Source: a candidate division WOR-3 bacterium (GTDB taxonomy: Bacteria; Hydrothermota; 32-111). From it: a stretch of 64,000 bases of DNA. Of this stretch, positions 20,419-30,293 are shown piece by piece; position 1 is the first letter of the stretch, and the number at the start of each line of letters is the position of its first letter. The position numbers were made by a program, and so were the translations under genes. The DNA is taken from the NCBI GenBank assembly GCA_039804105.1, contig JBDRZU010000001.1, positions 96,001-160,000 on the forward strand, in the 5' to 3' direction. The notes beneath the pieces were generated by a model. It was not told the origin of the DNA and did no database searches. It saw only the letters and a list, made by a program, of their open reading frames with translations.

Positions 20419-20980
20419 AGGTTTTTTGCTTATTCTATCATCTCCATCAGGTGGAGGAAAAACGACATTATGCAAAATGATTCTCGAAAATGTTAAAGAT
20501 ACGGTTTATTCGATATCAGCGACGACGAGGGAAAAAAGAAAAGGTGAAACTGATGGAAAGGACTATTATTTTTTGACTGAAGAAGAATTTTTACAGAAAG
20601 AAAAAGAAGGTTTTTTTGCTGAAACTGCTACCGTTCATGGAAAAAGGTACGGAACACCCAAAAAATTTTTGGATGATATGATAGAAAAAGGTAAAATAGT
20701 CGTTATGGATATTGATGTGGTTGGAGCTATCAACATTATGAAAATATATCCAAATTCTGTTTCGATTTTTATAATGCCTCCTTCTATGGAGGAACTTGAA
20801 GAACGACTCAAGAAAAGAAGTAGAGATGGAGTTGATGATATCAAAGTACGCCTTGAGAATGCGAAAAAAGAGATTGAATTTTCGAAACATTTTAAGTATA
20901 CTGTGGTCAACAGAAACTTAGAAGATGCTTTTCAAAACATAAAAGAAATTATAGAAAAAGAAAAAGGAGGATATAGATGA
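20408..20980 (+). CDS. gmk: Guanylate kinase
   Basis: SSPSGGGKTT, SATTR, DGKDYYF, YGTP and DIDVVGA motifs. Confidence 0.97.
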   Translation: MLSKGFLLILSSPSGGGKTTLCKMILENVKDTVYSISATTREKRKGETDGKDYYFLTEEEFLQKEKEGFFAETATVHGKRYGTPKKFLDDMIEKGKIVVMDIDVVGAINIMKIYPNSVSIFIMPPSMEELEERLKKRSRDGVDDIKVRLENAKKEIEFSKHFKYTVVNRNLEDAFQNIKEIIEKEKGGYR

Positions 20981-21204
20981 AAGTTGTTCCAATCGATGAG
21001 ATTTATAAAAAAGTAAAAAACAAATATCTTGCTGTTGTTCTTATTGCAAAAAGAGCAAAAAAATACAATCAGGAAAACTATTTGTATTTTAATTCAAAAA
21101 ATGAAAAACAACCGGAAAATCTTATTAAAAACGAACCTGTAAAAGATGCTTTTAATGATTTCTTTGATGGATTACTTGATGAAAGAATAAAAGATTATGA
21201 GTAA
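20977..21204 (+). CDS. rpoZ: RNA polymerase omega subunit
   Basis: NKYLAVVLIAKRAK motif; gmk-rpoZ-coaBC synteny. Confidence 0.85.
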   Translation: MKVVPIDEIYKKVKNKYLAVVLIAKRAKKYNQENYLYFNSKNEKQPENLIKNEPVKDAFNDFFDGLLDERIKDYE

Positions 21205-22351
21205 AATCCTTTTAGGTGTAACTGGTTGTATTTCTGCTTATAAATCTGCTTCATTGATAAGGGAGTTCAAAAAGAGTGGAGATCAGGTAAAAGTTATTCT
21301 TACGGATAATGGTGCCAGATTTATTACACCTTTAACTTTAAGAACTCTTTCAGAAAACAGAGTTTACACCTCTCTATTCGATGATGAAAATGAATGGTCA
21401 ACAGAACATATCAGTTTGAGCAGATGGGCTGATATACTTGTGGTTGCACCAGCATCAGCAAACATTATCGGTAAATTTGCCTCTGGAATCGCTGATGATC
21501 TTCTTTCAACAACCTTTCTTTCTTTTGATAAGAAGATTTTAATAGTTCCAACGATGAACAAGAGTATGTATGAGAATAAAGCAACAGCTGAGAATATAAA
21601 AAAGTTGAAAGAAAGAGGAATATTTGTGATGGAACCAGAAGAGGGTTTCCTTGCGTGTGGAGAGGAAGGGAAAGGAAGGTTTCCTGAAATCGAAAATATT
21701 TTTCTTTTGACAAAGAGGTTACTTTATCCTCAAGAAGTTTTAAAAGGTAAAAAAATAATAATAACAGGTGGTGGGACTTTTGAAAAAATTGATCCTGTTA
21801 GAGGGCTAACAAATCTTTCATCAGGTAAAATGGCTCTCTCTTTTGCAAAAGCAGCATATTTTAACAAGGCTGAAAAAATACTTTTCGTTCATGGTAGAAT
21901 CGATCAAAAACCTTATCATTTTTCTGAAAATATAAAGGTTGAAAGTTCTGAAGATATGAAAAAGGTTTTGGAAGAGAGAATCGATGAATATGACATCCTT
22001 GTTATGGCTGCTGCTGTTACAGATTTTAAACCCGAATATAGTGAAAATAAAATAAAGAAAAAAAATGATCTAGAGTTAAAGTTACACACTACCGAAGACA
22101 TTTTAAAATCTTTTAACGATAAGAAAATATTGAAAATTGGTTTTGCTCTTGAAAGTGAAAGCCATATCGATAATGGTCTAAAAAAAATGAAAGAAAAAAA
22201 TCTTGACTATATAATAGTAAACGATCAAAACAATCTGGGAAAAGATAAAGGAACTGTTACGGTCGTTGCAAAAGATGGAAAATTTTTAAAAATTGAAGAT
22301 CTTGACAAATTTGAAATTGCTTTAAAGGTTTTTGAATGGATAAAATTTTGA
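21197..22351 (+). CDS. coaBC: Bifunctional phosphopantothenoylcysteine decarboxylase/ligase
   Basis: GVTGCISAYK, EHISL, APASAN, LACGEEGKGR, IDPVR, NLSSGKM, AAAVTDF. Confidence 0.96.
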   Translation: MSKILLGVTGCISAYKSASLIREFKKSGDQVKVILTDNGARFITPLTLRTLSENRVYTSLFDDENEWSTEHISLSRWADILVVAPASANIIGKFASGIADDLLSTTFLSFDKKILIVPTMNKSMYENKATAENIKKLKERGIFVMEPEEGFLACGEEGKGRFPEIENIFLLTKRLLYPQEVLKGKKIIITGGGTFEKIDPVRGLTNLSSGKMALSFAKAAYFNKAEKILFVHGRIDQKPYHFSENIKVESSEDMKKVLEERIDEYDILVMAAAVTDFKPEYSENKIKKKNDLELKLHTTEDILKSFNDKKILKIGFALESESHIDNGLKKMKEKNLDYIIVNDQNNLGKDKGTVTVVAKDGKFLKIEDLDKFEIALKVFEWIKF

Positions 22352-23007
22352 AAAATATAACCGATATATTAAAGTTTGAAAAAAAATTTTATAATAGAAA
22401 GTTTGTTTTAACCGAAGAAATTTGTATAGTTTCTCCCATGGAGATTTTGAAAGAAGAGGTTTTAAACTGCAGAAGTTGCCCAATACAAAAAACTATAAAA
22501 AATAAAGTTTTTGGAACGGGGCCTTTTGATGCAAAACTTATGATAATTGGTGAAGCACCTGGTGCAGATGAAGATAGAGAAGGTTTACCTTTTGTTGGAA
22601 GGGCTGGTGAAAAATTGACCAAAATGCTTGAATACATAGGTATAGATAGAAAAGATGTTTTTATAGCAAACATTTTGAAATGCAGACCTCCGGGAAATGC
22701 TGATCCAGAACCAGAACAGATATCAAACTGTTTCCCGTTCCTTAAAAAACAGGTCGAAAGTATAAAACCCAAAATAATTTTGACTTTGGGAAGATACGCT
22801 GCAAGTGTTGTTACGGGCGAAAAATCTTTGAAAATGGCTGATTATTTGGATCGCGATCTTGTTTCTATTTTTTTTGAAACACCTGTGGTTGCGACATATC
22901 ATCCCGCTGTTCTTTTACATTCAAAAGGGGAGAGATTAGAGGCCATAAGAAAGCAGATAGCAAAAGATCTGAAAAGATTGAAATCGAGGATGGAAGAAAT
23001 ATGTTGA
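22336..23007 (+). CDS. Uracil-DNA glycosylase, family 4 (4Fe-4S)
   Basis: CRSC, GEAPGADED, PFVGRAG, NILKCRPP and TYHPA motifs. Confidence 0.95.
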   Translation: MDKILKNITDILKFEKKFYNRKFVLTEEICIVSPMEILKEEVLNCRSCPIQKTIKNKVFGTGPFDAKLMIIGEAPGADEDREGLPFVGRAGEKLTKMLEYIGIDRKDVFIANILKCRPPGNADPEPEQISNCFPFLKKQVESIKPKIILTLGRYAASVVTGEKSLKMADYLDRDLVSIFFETPVVATYHPAVLLHSKGERLEAIRKQIAKDLKRLKSRMEEIC

Positions 23008-24317
23008 GAGAAAAAAGTTTTTATTCAAGGGAAGCAGAGATGGCTGTTCTTGGTGGGATAATACTCGATGCTCAAAATATTTTAAACGATATAATACCTA
23101 AACTGAAAGAAGAGCATTTTTATTTTAGTGAAAATAAAAAAATATATTCAACGATAGTTAAAATGTATAACAATTCTGAGAAAGTTGATATAGTTACACT
23201 GAAAAATCGTTTGAAAAGGGAAAATATTTTAAATGAGGTTGGTGGTGATGAATATTTACAGAAACTTGTCGACCAACTGGATCTTTTACCTCATATAGAT
23301 GAATACATCAAGATTGTTGAAGAATATTATGTTTTAAGACATCTTTTGAAAACAGCAAAACTGATTAGCGATAGTTGTGCAAGTGATCTTGAGGTTGATA
23401 CAATAATTGAACAGGCGGAAAATGAGATCTTTAAAGTCAGAGAGGGAAGGTATAAATCAGATATTATCCCAGTTTCTGAAAAGATAGGTGAAATTGAAAA
23501 GATGATAAATTTTTATATCTCGAGAAAAGAACCTGTAACAGGTCTTCCAACTGGCTTTTCAGATCTTGATAAGATGACCACTGGATTTCAGAAAGGTGAT
23601 TTTATTGTTATAGCTGCACGACCTGGAGTTGGTAAAACGAGTTTCGCTTTAAACATTTTGATCAACCAGTGTGTTAAAACAAATCCCGATGAAGAAAAGA
23701 AGAAAGGGTTGATATTTTCACTTGAAATGACTTCAGAGCAGTTGATACAGAGAATGTTGTGTTCTTATGCCAATATAACTGGAACAGCGTTAAGGCAGGG
23801 TATTTTAAAAAAAGAAGATATCCATAACCTTTCTGTTGCGTACAAACATTTTTCTCAATCAGAAATTTATATAGATGACTCAACAAAAGGAACCCCTCTT
23901 GATATAAGGGCAAAATCAAGAAGAATGGTTCTGGATAAAAAGATTGATTTTATAATTATCGATTACATACAGATGATGCACCTTGACAAAAAGGTAGAAA
24001 ATAAACAGGTTGAAATATCTGAAATATCAAGATCGTTAAAATTACTTGCGAAAGAATTACATATACCTGTTATCGCTCTGGCACAACTTTCAAGATCAAC
24101 AGAGAAGAGAAAAGAAAAACCGATACTTTCCGATATAAGAGATTCAGGAAGTATAGAGCAGGATGCTGATGTTGTTATTTTTATACATAGAAAGTTTAAA
24201 CCCGGGACAACTCTTGATGATGCTACTTTAATCATTGCAAAACAGAGAAATGGCCCCACAGGAGAAATTGAAATTTTATTTGATTCTGCAAGAACTCTAT
24301 TTAAACAAAAAGTGTGA
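23001..24317 (+). CDS. dnaB: Replicative DNA helicase
   Basis: EAEMAVLG, AARPGVGKT, FSLEM, IDYIQM, AQLSR, DSGSIEQDAD, KQRNGP. Confidence 0.98.
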   Translation: MLREKSFYSREAEMAVLGGIILDAQNILNDIIPKLKEEHFYFSENKKIYSTIVKMYNNSEKVDIVTLKNRLKRENILNEVGGDEYLQKLVDQLDLLPHIDEYIKIVEEYYVLRHLLKTAKLISDSCASDLEVDTIIEQAENEIFKVREGRYKSDIIPVSEKIGEIEKMINFYISRKEPVTGLPTGFSDLDKMTTGFQKGDFIVIAARPGVGKTSFALNILINQCVKTNPDEEKKKGLIFSLEMTSEQLIQRMLCSYANITGTALRQGILKKEDIHNLSVAYKHFSQSEIYIDDSTKGTPLDIRAKSRRMVLDKKIDFIIIDYIQMMHLDKKVENKQVEISEISRSLKLLAKELHIPVIALAQLSRSTEKRKEKPILSDIRDSGSIEQDADVVIFIHRKFKPGTTLDDATLIIAKQRNGPTGEIEILFDSARTLFKQKV

Positions 24318-25075
24318 TTATGAAATTGTTGTTTCAAGAATTTATTATAAATTTTGGTGAATTTTTTATACTCTTCTGGAAAGTTTTGAAATCGATAAAA
24401 AAAGTGTTTAAAAATAGAAAAATTGTTGCATACGAAATGTTTGAAATAATAAATGAATCTTTGGGGATATTCGTTCTCGCATCGCTTTTTGCAGGGATGG
24501 TTGCCGCATATCAAACAGCGTATCAGGCAAGAAACTTTTTACCTTTAATATACATACCAACACTTATTACCCAGGCTGTTATACTTGAAATTGGGCCTCT
24601 TCTTGCTGGAATTGGATTTTCAGGTAAGGTCGCAAGTCAAACATCTGCTGAAATATCTTCGATGAAGATAACAGATCAACTTGATGCTTTAGAACTTATG
24701 TCGATCGACCCAGTTGAATACCTCGTAATGCCGAAAGTTGTTGCAACGATGATTATAATACCTTTTTTAACACTTATATGTGAATTTTCGGTAGTTTTTG
24801 GTTCTTTTATAATATCAATTTTAACTTTAGGAATTTCACCTAACGAATTTCTAGAAGGTACAAAAAGAAGTTTTTATTTTTATCAGTTATATGGTGGGCT
24901 TTTCAAATCGATAGTTTTTGGAATTTTCGTAACGATGGTTGCCTGTTTTTTTGGTATGAAAGCAAAAACAGGTGCAAGATCTGTAGGTAAAGCAACAACA
25001 TCATCTGTTACAGTATCTTCTATATCTGTAATAGTTCTTGATTATTTTATAACAAGGATCCTATTTTTATGGTAG
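24314..25075 (+). CDS. mlaE: Mla/Mce ABC transporter permease
   Basis: EIGPLL, SAEISSMKITDQLDALELMSIDPVEYLVMPK, VGKATTSSV. Start is GTG 24314 or ATG 24320. Confidence 0.92.
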   Translation: MIMKLLFQEFIINFGEFFILFWKVLKSIKKVFKNRKIVAYEMFEIINESLGIFVLASLFAGMVAAYQTAYQARNFLPLIYIPTLITQAVILEIGPLLAGIGFSGKVASQTSAEISSMKITDQLDALELMSIDPVEYLVMPKVVATMIIIPFLTLICEFSVVFGSFIISILTLGISPNEFLEGTKRSFYFYQLYGGLFKSIVFGIFVTMVACFFGMKAKTGARSVGKATTSSVTVSSISVIVLDYFITRILFLW

Positions 25076-25806
25076 AAGTGAAAAATCTTACAAAAAGTTT
25101 TGGTAAAGAAGGGGTGTATGATATCAACCTTTCCATTGAAGAGGGAACTATATGTGCAATAATTGGTAAAAGTGGTTCAGGTAAAAGTTTACTTTTAAAA
25201 AATATTCTAGGGTTGATAAAACCTGATAAAGGGGAAGTTTACATAGATGGAGTTAATATTCATAAAGCAAAATATTCAGATATAAAACAGGTGAGAAAAA
25301 AGATGGGAGTTCTATTTCAGAACAACGCTCTTTTTGACTCGATGAATGTTTTTGAAAATGTCTCTTTACCTGTTGTTTATAATGATCCTGATTATGATCT
25401 TAACACTTTAAATCAAGAAGTATTGAATATTCTTACTCTACTCTCATTACCTGATATTAGAAATAAAGAAATAAAGGAACTTTCTGGTGGAATGCAAAAA
25501 AGGGTTGCAATTGCAAGATCTTTGATCACAAACCCTTCAATACTTTTTTATGATGAGCCAATAACTGGACTTGACCCTTTAACAGGAAATAAAATAATAG
25601 AACTTATAAAAGAGATACATATAAAATTGAAAAAAACAACTGTTGTTATTACCCATGATCTGAGAGGTTTCATCGATTTTATAGATCATATACTTTTGCT
25701 TGATAACGGTAAAGAAATTTTCTGGGGCACAAAGGAAGAATTTTTTTTATTTGATAACGAGATTGCAAAATCGTATTTAAAAATGGCGGGTCAAAATGGA
25801 AGATAA
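25069..25806 (+). CDS. mlaF: Mla/Mce ABC transporter ATPase
   Basis: GKSGSGKS, LFQNNALFDSM, LSGGMQKRVAIAR and YDEPITGLDP motifs. Confidence 0.92.
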   Translation: MVEVKNLTKSFGKEGVYDINLSIEEGTICAIIGKSGSGKSLLLKNILGLIKPDKGEVYIDGVNIHKAKYSDIKQVRKKMGVLFQNNALFDSMNVFENVSLPVVYNDPDYDLNTLNQEVLNILTLLSLPDIRNKEIKELSGGMQKRVAIARSLITNPSILFYDEPITGLDPLTGNKIIELIKEIHIKLKKTTVVITHDLRGFIDFIDHILLLDNGKEIFWGTKEEFFLFDNEIAKSYLKMAGQNGR

Positions 25807-26581
25807 AAAAATTTTTATAATCGGTCTTACGGTTTTTATCGGTATTGCTATCTTGATCTTTTTAAGTTTTTTCATGAACAAGGTAAGATTTTTTACAGAC
25901 AATAATTATGTTCTTGTAAAATTTTCTCATGCTGATGGTGTAAAGGTAAACGATGAGGTAAGATATAGAGGTGTAAAGTGTGGGACGGTGGTTGATGTTG
26001 TTTTAACAAGGGATTATGTGCTTTTAAAATTATGGTTGAAAAAAGATTTTAAAGTTGGAAAGAATTCTTTTGTTGCTATACAGGATCTTGGTATAATTGG
26101 TGGAACAAAATACATATTCGTTCAACCTTCTGGTGATACACTCTATAGATATCCTTATGATACACTTGTTGGAGTTAACAGAGATTTTAACATTTCTGAG
26201 ATTGGGATAATAATATCTGATATCAGAGAGATGGTATTCAACGCTATTCCATCAAAGGAGAGAGTTGAAAAAATAGTTGATACCCTTTTTTCCGCATTGA
26301 AGAAGATAAATGATCTGGTTGAAAAAAATGATAAGGATATAAACAGTATAGTTACCAAACTTTCATACAGTTCAGATAAAGTCAGTATGATAGTTGATTC
26401 TTTGTATCCTGCGATGTTGTCATTGAAGAAAGAGATAGAAATTTTCTCTGAAGGGAGTGGGAGTGTAAAAAGGATACTCAGAGAGGATACTGTTTATATA
26501 AGGTTGAATGAGAGTTTGAAAAAGTTGAACAGGATACTTGATGAGATAGAAAAAAACAAAATAGTAAAGGGATGTCTGTGA
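25796..26581 (+). CDS. mlaD: MCE/MlaD family periplasmic protein
   Basis: N-terminal TM, MCE domain (ADGVKVNDEVRYRGVKCGTV...GIIGGTKYI), helical C-terminus. Confidence 0.88.
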   Translation: MEDKKIFIIGLTVFIGIAILIFLSFFMNKVRFFTDNNYVLVKFSHADGVKVNDEVRYRGVKCGTVVDVVLTRDYVLLKLWLKKDFKVGKNSFVAIQDLGIIGGTKYIFVQPSGDTLYRYPYDTLVGVNRDFNISEIGIIISDIREMVFNAIPSKERVEKIVDTLFSALKKINDLVEKNDKDINSIVTKLSYSSDKVSMIVDSLYPAMLSLKKEIEIFSEGSGSVKRILREDTVYIRLNESLKKLNRILDEIEKNKIVKGCL

Positions 26582-27900
26582 GCAAAAAGGGAAGTAAAAG
26601 TTTTGTTTGTTCAGAATGTGGTTTTAAAAGTGTTAAATGGTTAGGAAGATGTCCAGAATGTGGTATGTGGGATACTTTTATTGTTGAAAAAGATGATGTT
26701 AAAAGAGAAAGGGATATAAAACCCGTATCCATTGATGAAATAAAACTTGAAAATTTTTCAAGGATAAAATTTCTGGATAACTCTTTAAACAGAGTTTTTG
26801 GTGGCGGTCTCGTAAAAGGTTCAATTGTTCTTCTTGCAGGGAATCCAGGGGCTGGGAAATCAACACTATCTTTGAAGATAATAGAAAAATTACCTGATGA
26901 TGTTAATGTTCTTTATTTTTCATCTGAAGAATCGTTTGAACAGATAAAATTAAGAGCTATCAGAGTTTTGAAAGAGAAAAATTTCAAGATAATCTCTTCA
27001 AATCTTTTTGAGGATCTGGTTGATAATGAAAAGGTTTTAAATTCATCGGATGTTGTAATCATTGACTCTATTCAGATGGTTGGATCAGAGAATGTTCCAA
27101 CGATTCCTGGTTCTCCAACAACTGTGAAATACATAATGGGGGAGTTGATAAAAATTGCTAAACAAAAGAACATTTCAGTTATCATAATAGGACATATAAC
27201 CAAAGATGGAAGTGTCGCTGGACCTAAAACTCTTGAACATCTTGTGGATGTTATACTCTATCTTGATTCTTTAGAACACGAGAATCTAAGAATACTTAAA
27301 TCAAACAAAAATAGGTTTGGTTCAACCGATGAGATGGCGATATTTAAGATGGAAGAGAATGGACTTTTAGGTTTAGATAACATCGACAGAATAAATCTTA
27401 CAAATGGAGATAAAGTGGGAAGAGCTATATCTTGCACCGTTGAAGGTAGTATGCCTCTTGCTTTAGAGATCGAATCTTTGATATTCTATTCAAAATATGG
27501 TGTTCCACAGAGAGTTCCTACAGGTATAAATATAAGAAGGATGCAGATGCTTGTTGGAATATGTGAAAAGTATCTTGGAGTTGGTTTTGGGAATATGGAT
27601 ATTTTTATAAACGTTTCTAATGGCATAACGATTAAAGATCCACAGATAGATCTACCGATAATAGTTTCAATGTTGTCATCTTTTAAAAATAAAATTGTTA
27701 GTAAAGAAAATGCTTTTATTGGGGAAGTTGGTTTAACTGGTGATTTGAGATCAAGTAGTAATATTGAGATGAGAATAAAACATTTAAAAAATATTGGAAT
27801 AAAAAAGATCTTTATTCCTTATGTTGAAAGGAGTCAAACTGATACGGATATAGAGATCATAAAAATAAAAAATATTAAAGAGATTAAGGAAATCTTATGA
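26572..27900 (+). CDS. radA: DNA repair protein RadA/Sms
   Basis: CSECG..WLGRCPECG zinc finger, GNPGAGKST, GPKTLEHLVD, KNRFG, Lon-like C-terminus. Confidence 0.96.
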   Translation: MSVSKKGSKSFVCSECGFKSVKWLGRCPECGMWDTFIVEKDDVKRERDIKPVSIDEIKLENFSRIKFLDNSLNRVFGGGLVKGSIVLLAGNPGAGKSTLSLKIIEKLPDDVNVLYFSSEESFEQIKLRAIRVLKEKNFKIISSNLFEDLVDNEKVLNSSDVVIIDSIQMVGSENVPTIPGSPTTVKYIMGELIKIAKQKNISVIIIGHITKDGSVAGPKTLEHLVDVILYLDSLEHENLRILKSNKNRFGSTDEMAIFKMEENGLLGLDNIDRINLTNGDKVGRAISCTVEGSMPLALEIESLIFYSKYGVPQRVPTGINIRRMQMLVGICEKYLGVGFGNMDIFINVSNGITIKDPQIDLPIIVSMLSSFKNKIVSKENAFIGEVGLTGDLRSSSNIEMRIKHLKNIGIKKIFIPYVERSQTDTDIEIIKIKNIKEIKEIL

Positions 27901-29600
27901 TCTATAATTGGGTATATAAAGAAATAGAAAACAATCTGGATTTGAAAGAATATGCGAAAAGTTTGAATTCTGATGAATATATATTAAAAATACTTTTAAA
28001 CAGAGGAATTGAACCTGAGAAGTTTGAACAGTTTTTAAACCCTGATGAGAAAAATTTTTATGATCCTTTTTTAATGATTGGTATTAAGGAGAGTGTTGAA
28101 AGGATCAAAAAAGCGATCGAAAAAAATGAAAAGATTCTTATCTATGGTGACTATGATGCTGATGGTATAACTTCTACAGCGATGCTTTACAGATTTTTTA
28201 AGATGATTGGGATAACACCCTACTTTTTTATACCACATCGTCTTGAGGAAGGATATGGTGTTTCAAAAAATGGTATCGATTTTGCTTTAAGCAAAAATGT
28301 TACATTGATGATAACAGTTGATTGTGGAATAACTGCATTTGATGAGATAGATTATGCGAGAAGAAAAGGTATTGATGTTATAGTTACAGATCATCATGAA
28401 TTTTCAGATAAAACACCTCTTGCATATTCGATAATAAATCCTAACAGAGATGATGAAACTTATCCTTTTAGATCACTTGCTGGTTGTGGAGTCGTATTTA
28501 AACTTATACAGGCATTAGGTAAATGTTTAAACCTTGATTTTTCAGTTCTGGATAATTTTATTGATTTTGTAACATTGGGAACTATAGCAGATGTTGTCCC
28601 ACTGATAGATGAAAACAGAACTATTGCTTCAATAGGACTCAAACATCTAAAAAATGTTAAAAACTATGGATTGAAAAGCTTGATAGAGGTTTCAGATTTA
28701 CAGAAGGACCTTATCAACTCATACCATGTTGGTTTTATTCTTGCTCCAAGGATTAATGCTATGGGACGGATGGATAATGCAACAAAAGCCGTTAATCTTT
28801 TAATAACCGATGATAGAAAGGAAGCAGAGGAGTTGGCGAAAGAGTTGAATAAAAAGAATAGATTGAGACAGGAAGTTGATCAGGATGTTTTTGATGAAGC
28901 GATTGAAATGATTGAAAGAGAATCTCTACACAAAAAACAAACGATAGTTATAGCAAAAGAGAATTGGCATGAGGGTGTTATAGGTATAGTAGCGAGTAGA
29001 ATAGTGGAAAAGTATAACAAACCAACCATTATGATTTCGATAGTCGATGATATAGGTAAAGGTTCAGGAAGATCAACACAAAATTTTCATCTTTATAATG
29101 CTCTAAAAGATCTTGAAGATATCCTTCTTTCTTTTGGAGGACATCGTCTCGCTGCTGGTATCACACTGAAAAAGGACAAAATAGATGAATTTAAAAGGAG
29201 ATTTGAAGAGTATGCAAAGGTTTTGAATGATGGAAAAGATTACGAAAGAAAACTTGATATAGATTGTATCTTACCTTTGGATAAAATTGACCTTGATTTT
29301 TATGAAAAACTTGAAAAACTTGAGCCGTTTGGTTATATGAATCCCCAGCCCGTTTTTCTATCGAAGAATGTCAACGTTGTAGGTTATCCTTTGATGCTTA
29401 AAGATAAACATTTAAGGTTATGTTTAAAACAAGAAAATTATTCTTATGATGCTATCTGGTTTAACAATGGCAAAGAGATGATCTCAAAATTAACTCAACC
29501 TGGGAAACAGTTTGATGTTGTCTATAACATTATGAAAAATGAGTATAGTGGGAAAATACTTTTGCAGTTAAGAATAATAGATATAATGGAGTCAGAGTGA
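27897..29600 (+). CDS. recJ: ssDNA exonuclease RecJ
   Basis: YGDYDADG, TVDCG, TDHH, GTIADVV, APRINAMGR and FGGH motifs. Confidence 0.97.
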   Translation: MIYNWVYKEIENNLDLKEYAKSLNSDEYILKILLNRGIEPEKFEQFLNPDEKNFYDPFLMIGIKESVERIKKAIEKNEKILIYGDYDADGITSTAMLYRFFKMIGITPYFFIPHRLEEGYGVSKNGIDFALSKNVTLMITVDCGITAFDEIDYARRKGIDVIVTDHHEFSDKTPLAYSIINPNRDDETYPFRSLAGCGVVFKLIQALGKCLNLDFSVLDNFIDFVTLGTIADVVPLIDENRTIASIGLKHLKNVKNYGLKSLIEVSDLQKDLINSYHVGFILAPRINAMGRMDNATKAVNLLITDDRKEAEELAKELNKKNRLRQEVDQDVFDEAIEMIERESLHKKQTIVIAKENWHEGVIGIVASRIVEKYNKPTIMISIVDDIGKGSGRSTQNFHLYNALKDLEDILLSFGGHRLAAGITLKKDKIDEFKRRFEEYAKVLNDGKDYERKLDIDCILPLDKIDLDFYEKLEKLEPFGYMNPQPVFLSKNVNVVGYPLMLKDKHLRLCLKQENYSYDAIWFNNGKEMISKLTQPGKQFDVVYNIMKNEYSGKILLQLRIIDIMESE

Positions 29601-30292
29601 TGAAAAGAGAAAAAGATTTTTTGATTTTTGAAGATATATTTTCTGATTACAATATCGCAATATCGTTGAGAGATAAAAATTTTGTAAATGAAAACGATAT
29701 GAGTTTTAATTTTCAGGAAAATCAAGAAAATAGAGAAAGATTTTTTTTAAATTTGAAAATCGAAAATCTTTTTAAAGTTAGAAACAAACAGATACATTCA
29801 AAATTGATACATAGAGCTGAAAAGGATATCACAAAGGAAGGGGATGGTTTATTTAGTGACGATAAAAATTATGCTCTCTATCTTTTAACAGCTGATTGTT
29901 ATAACATTTTTTTTACAACCGATAATGGAAAGATTTTTGGATGTCTACATGCTGGTTGGAAAGGAATAATAGAAGGTATTGTTGAAGAGAGTTTAAAATT
30001 TTTCAAAAAGGATACAAGAACTTTGGTATTGCAGGGAATATGTGATAAACATTTTATTGTTGAAGAAGATGTTAAAAACCTTTTCCAAAAAAGGTTTGGA
30101 GAAAGTTATATAGGAAATTATGATAAAAAATTTTCGATCGATTTAAGAAGGATAATAGTTGATATTTTAAAGCAACGATCTGATGTCGAAAGTATAGAAC
30201 TCTGTAATGTTTGTAGAAATGATATACTTTTTTCTTATAGGGAAGGGGACATTGATAAAAGGAACATTTCAATAATATGGAGGAAAATGTAA
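29597..30292 (+). CDS. pgeF: PgeF/YfiH family protein (purine nucleoside phosphorylase / peptidoglycan editing factor)
   Basis: QIHS, EGDGL, LTADC, HAGWKG and FSYR motifs. Confidence 0.88.
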   Translation: MMKREKDFLIFEDIFSDYNIAISLRDKNFVNENDMSFNFQENQENRERFFLNLKIENLFKVRNKQIHSKLIHRAEKDITKEGDGLFSDDKNYALYLLTADCYNIFFTTDNGKIFGCLHAGWKGIIEGIVEESLKFFKKDTRTLVLQGICDKHFIVEEDVKNLFQKRFGESYIGNYDKKFSIDLRRIIVDILKQRSDVESIELCNVCRNDILFSYREGDIDKRNISIIWRKM

Positions 30293-30293
30293 G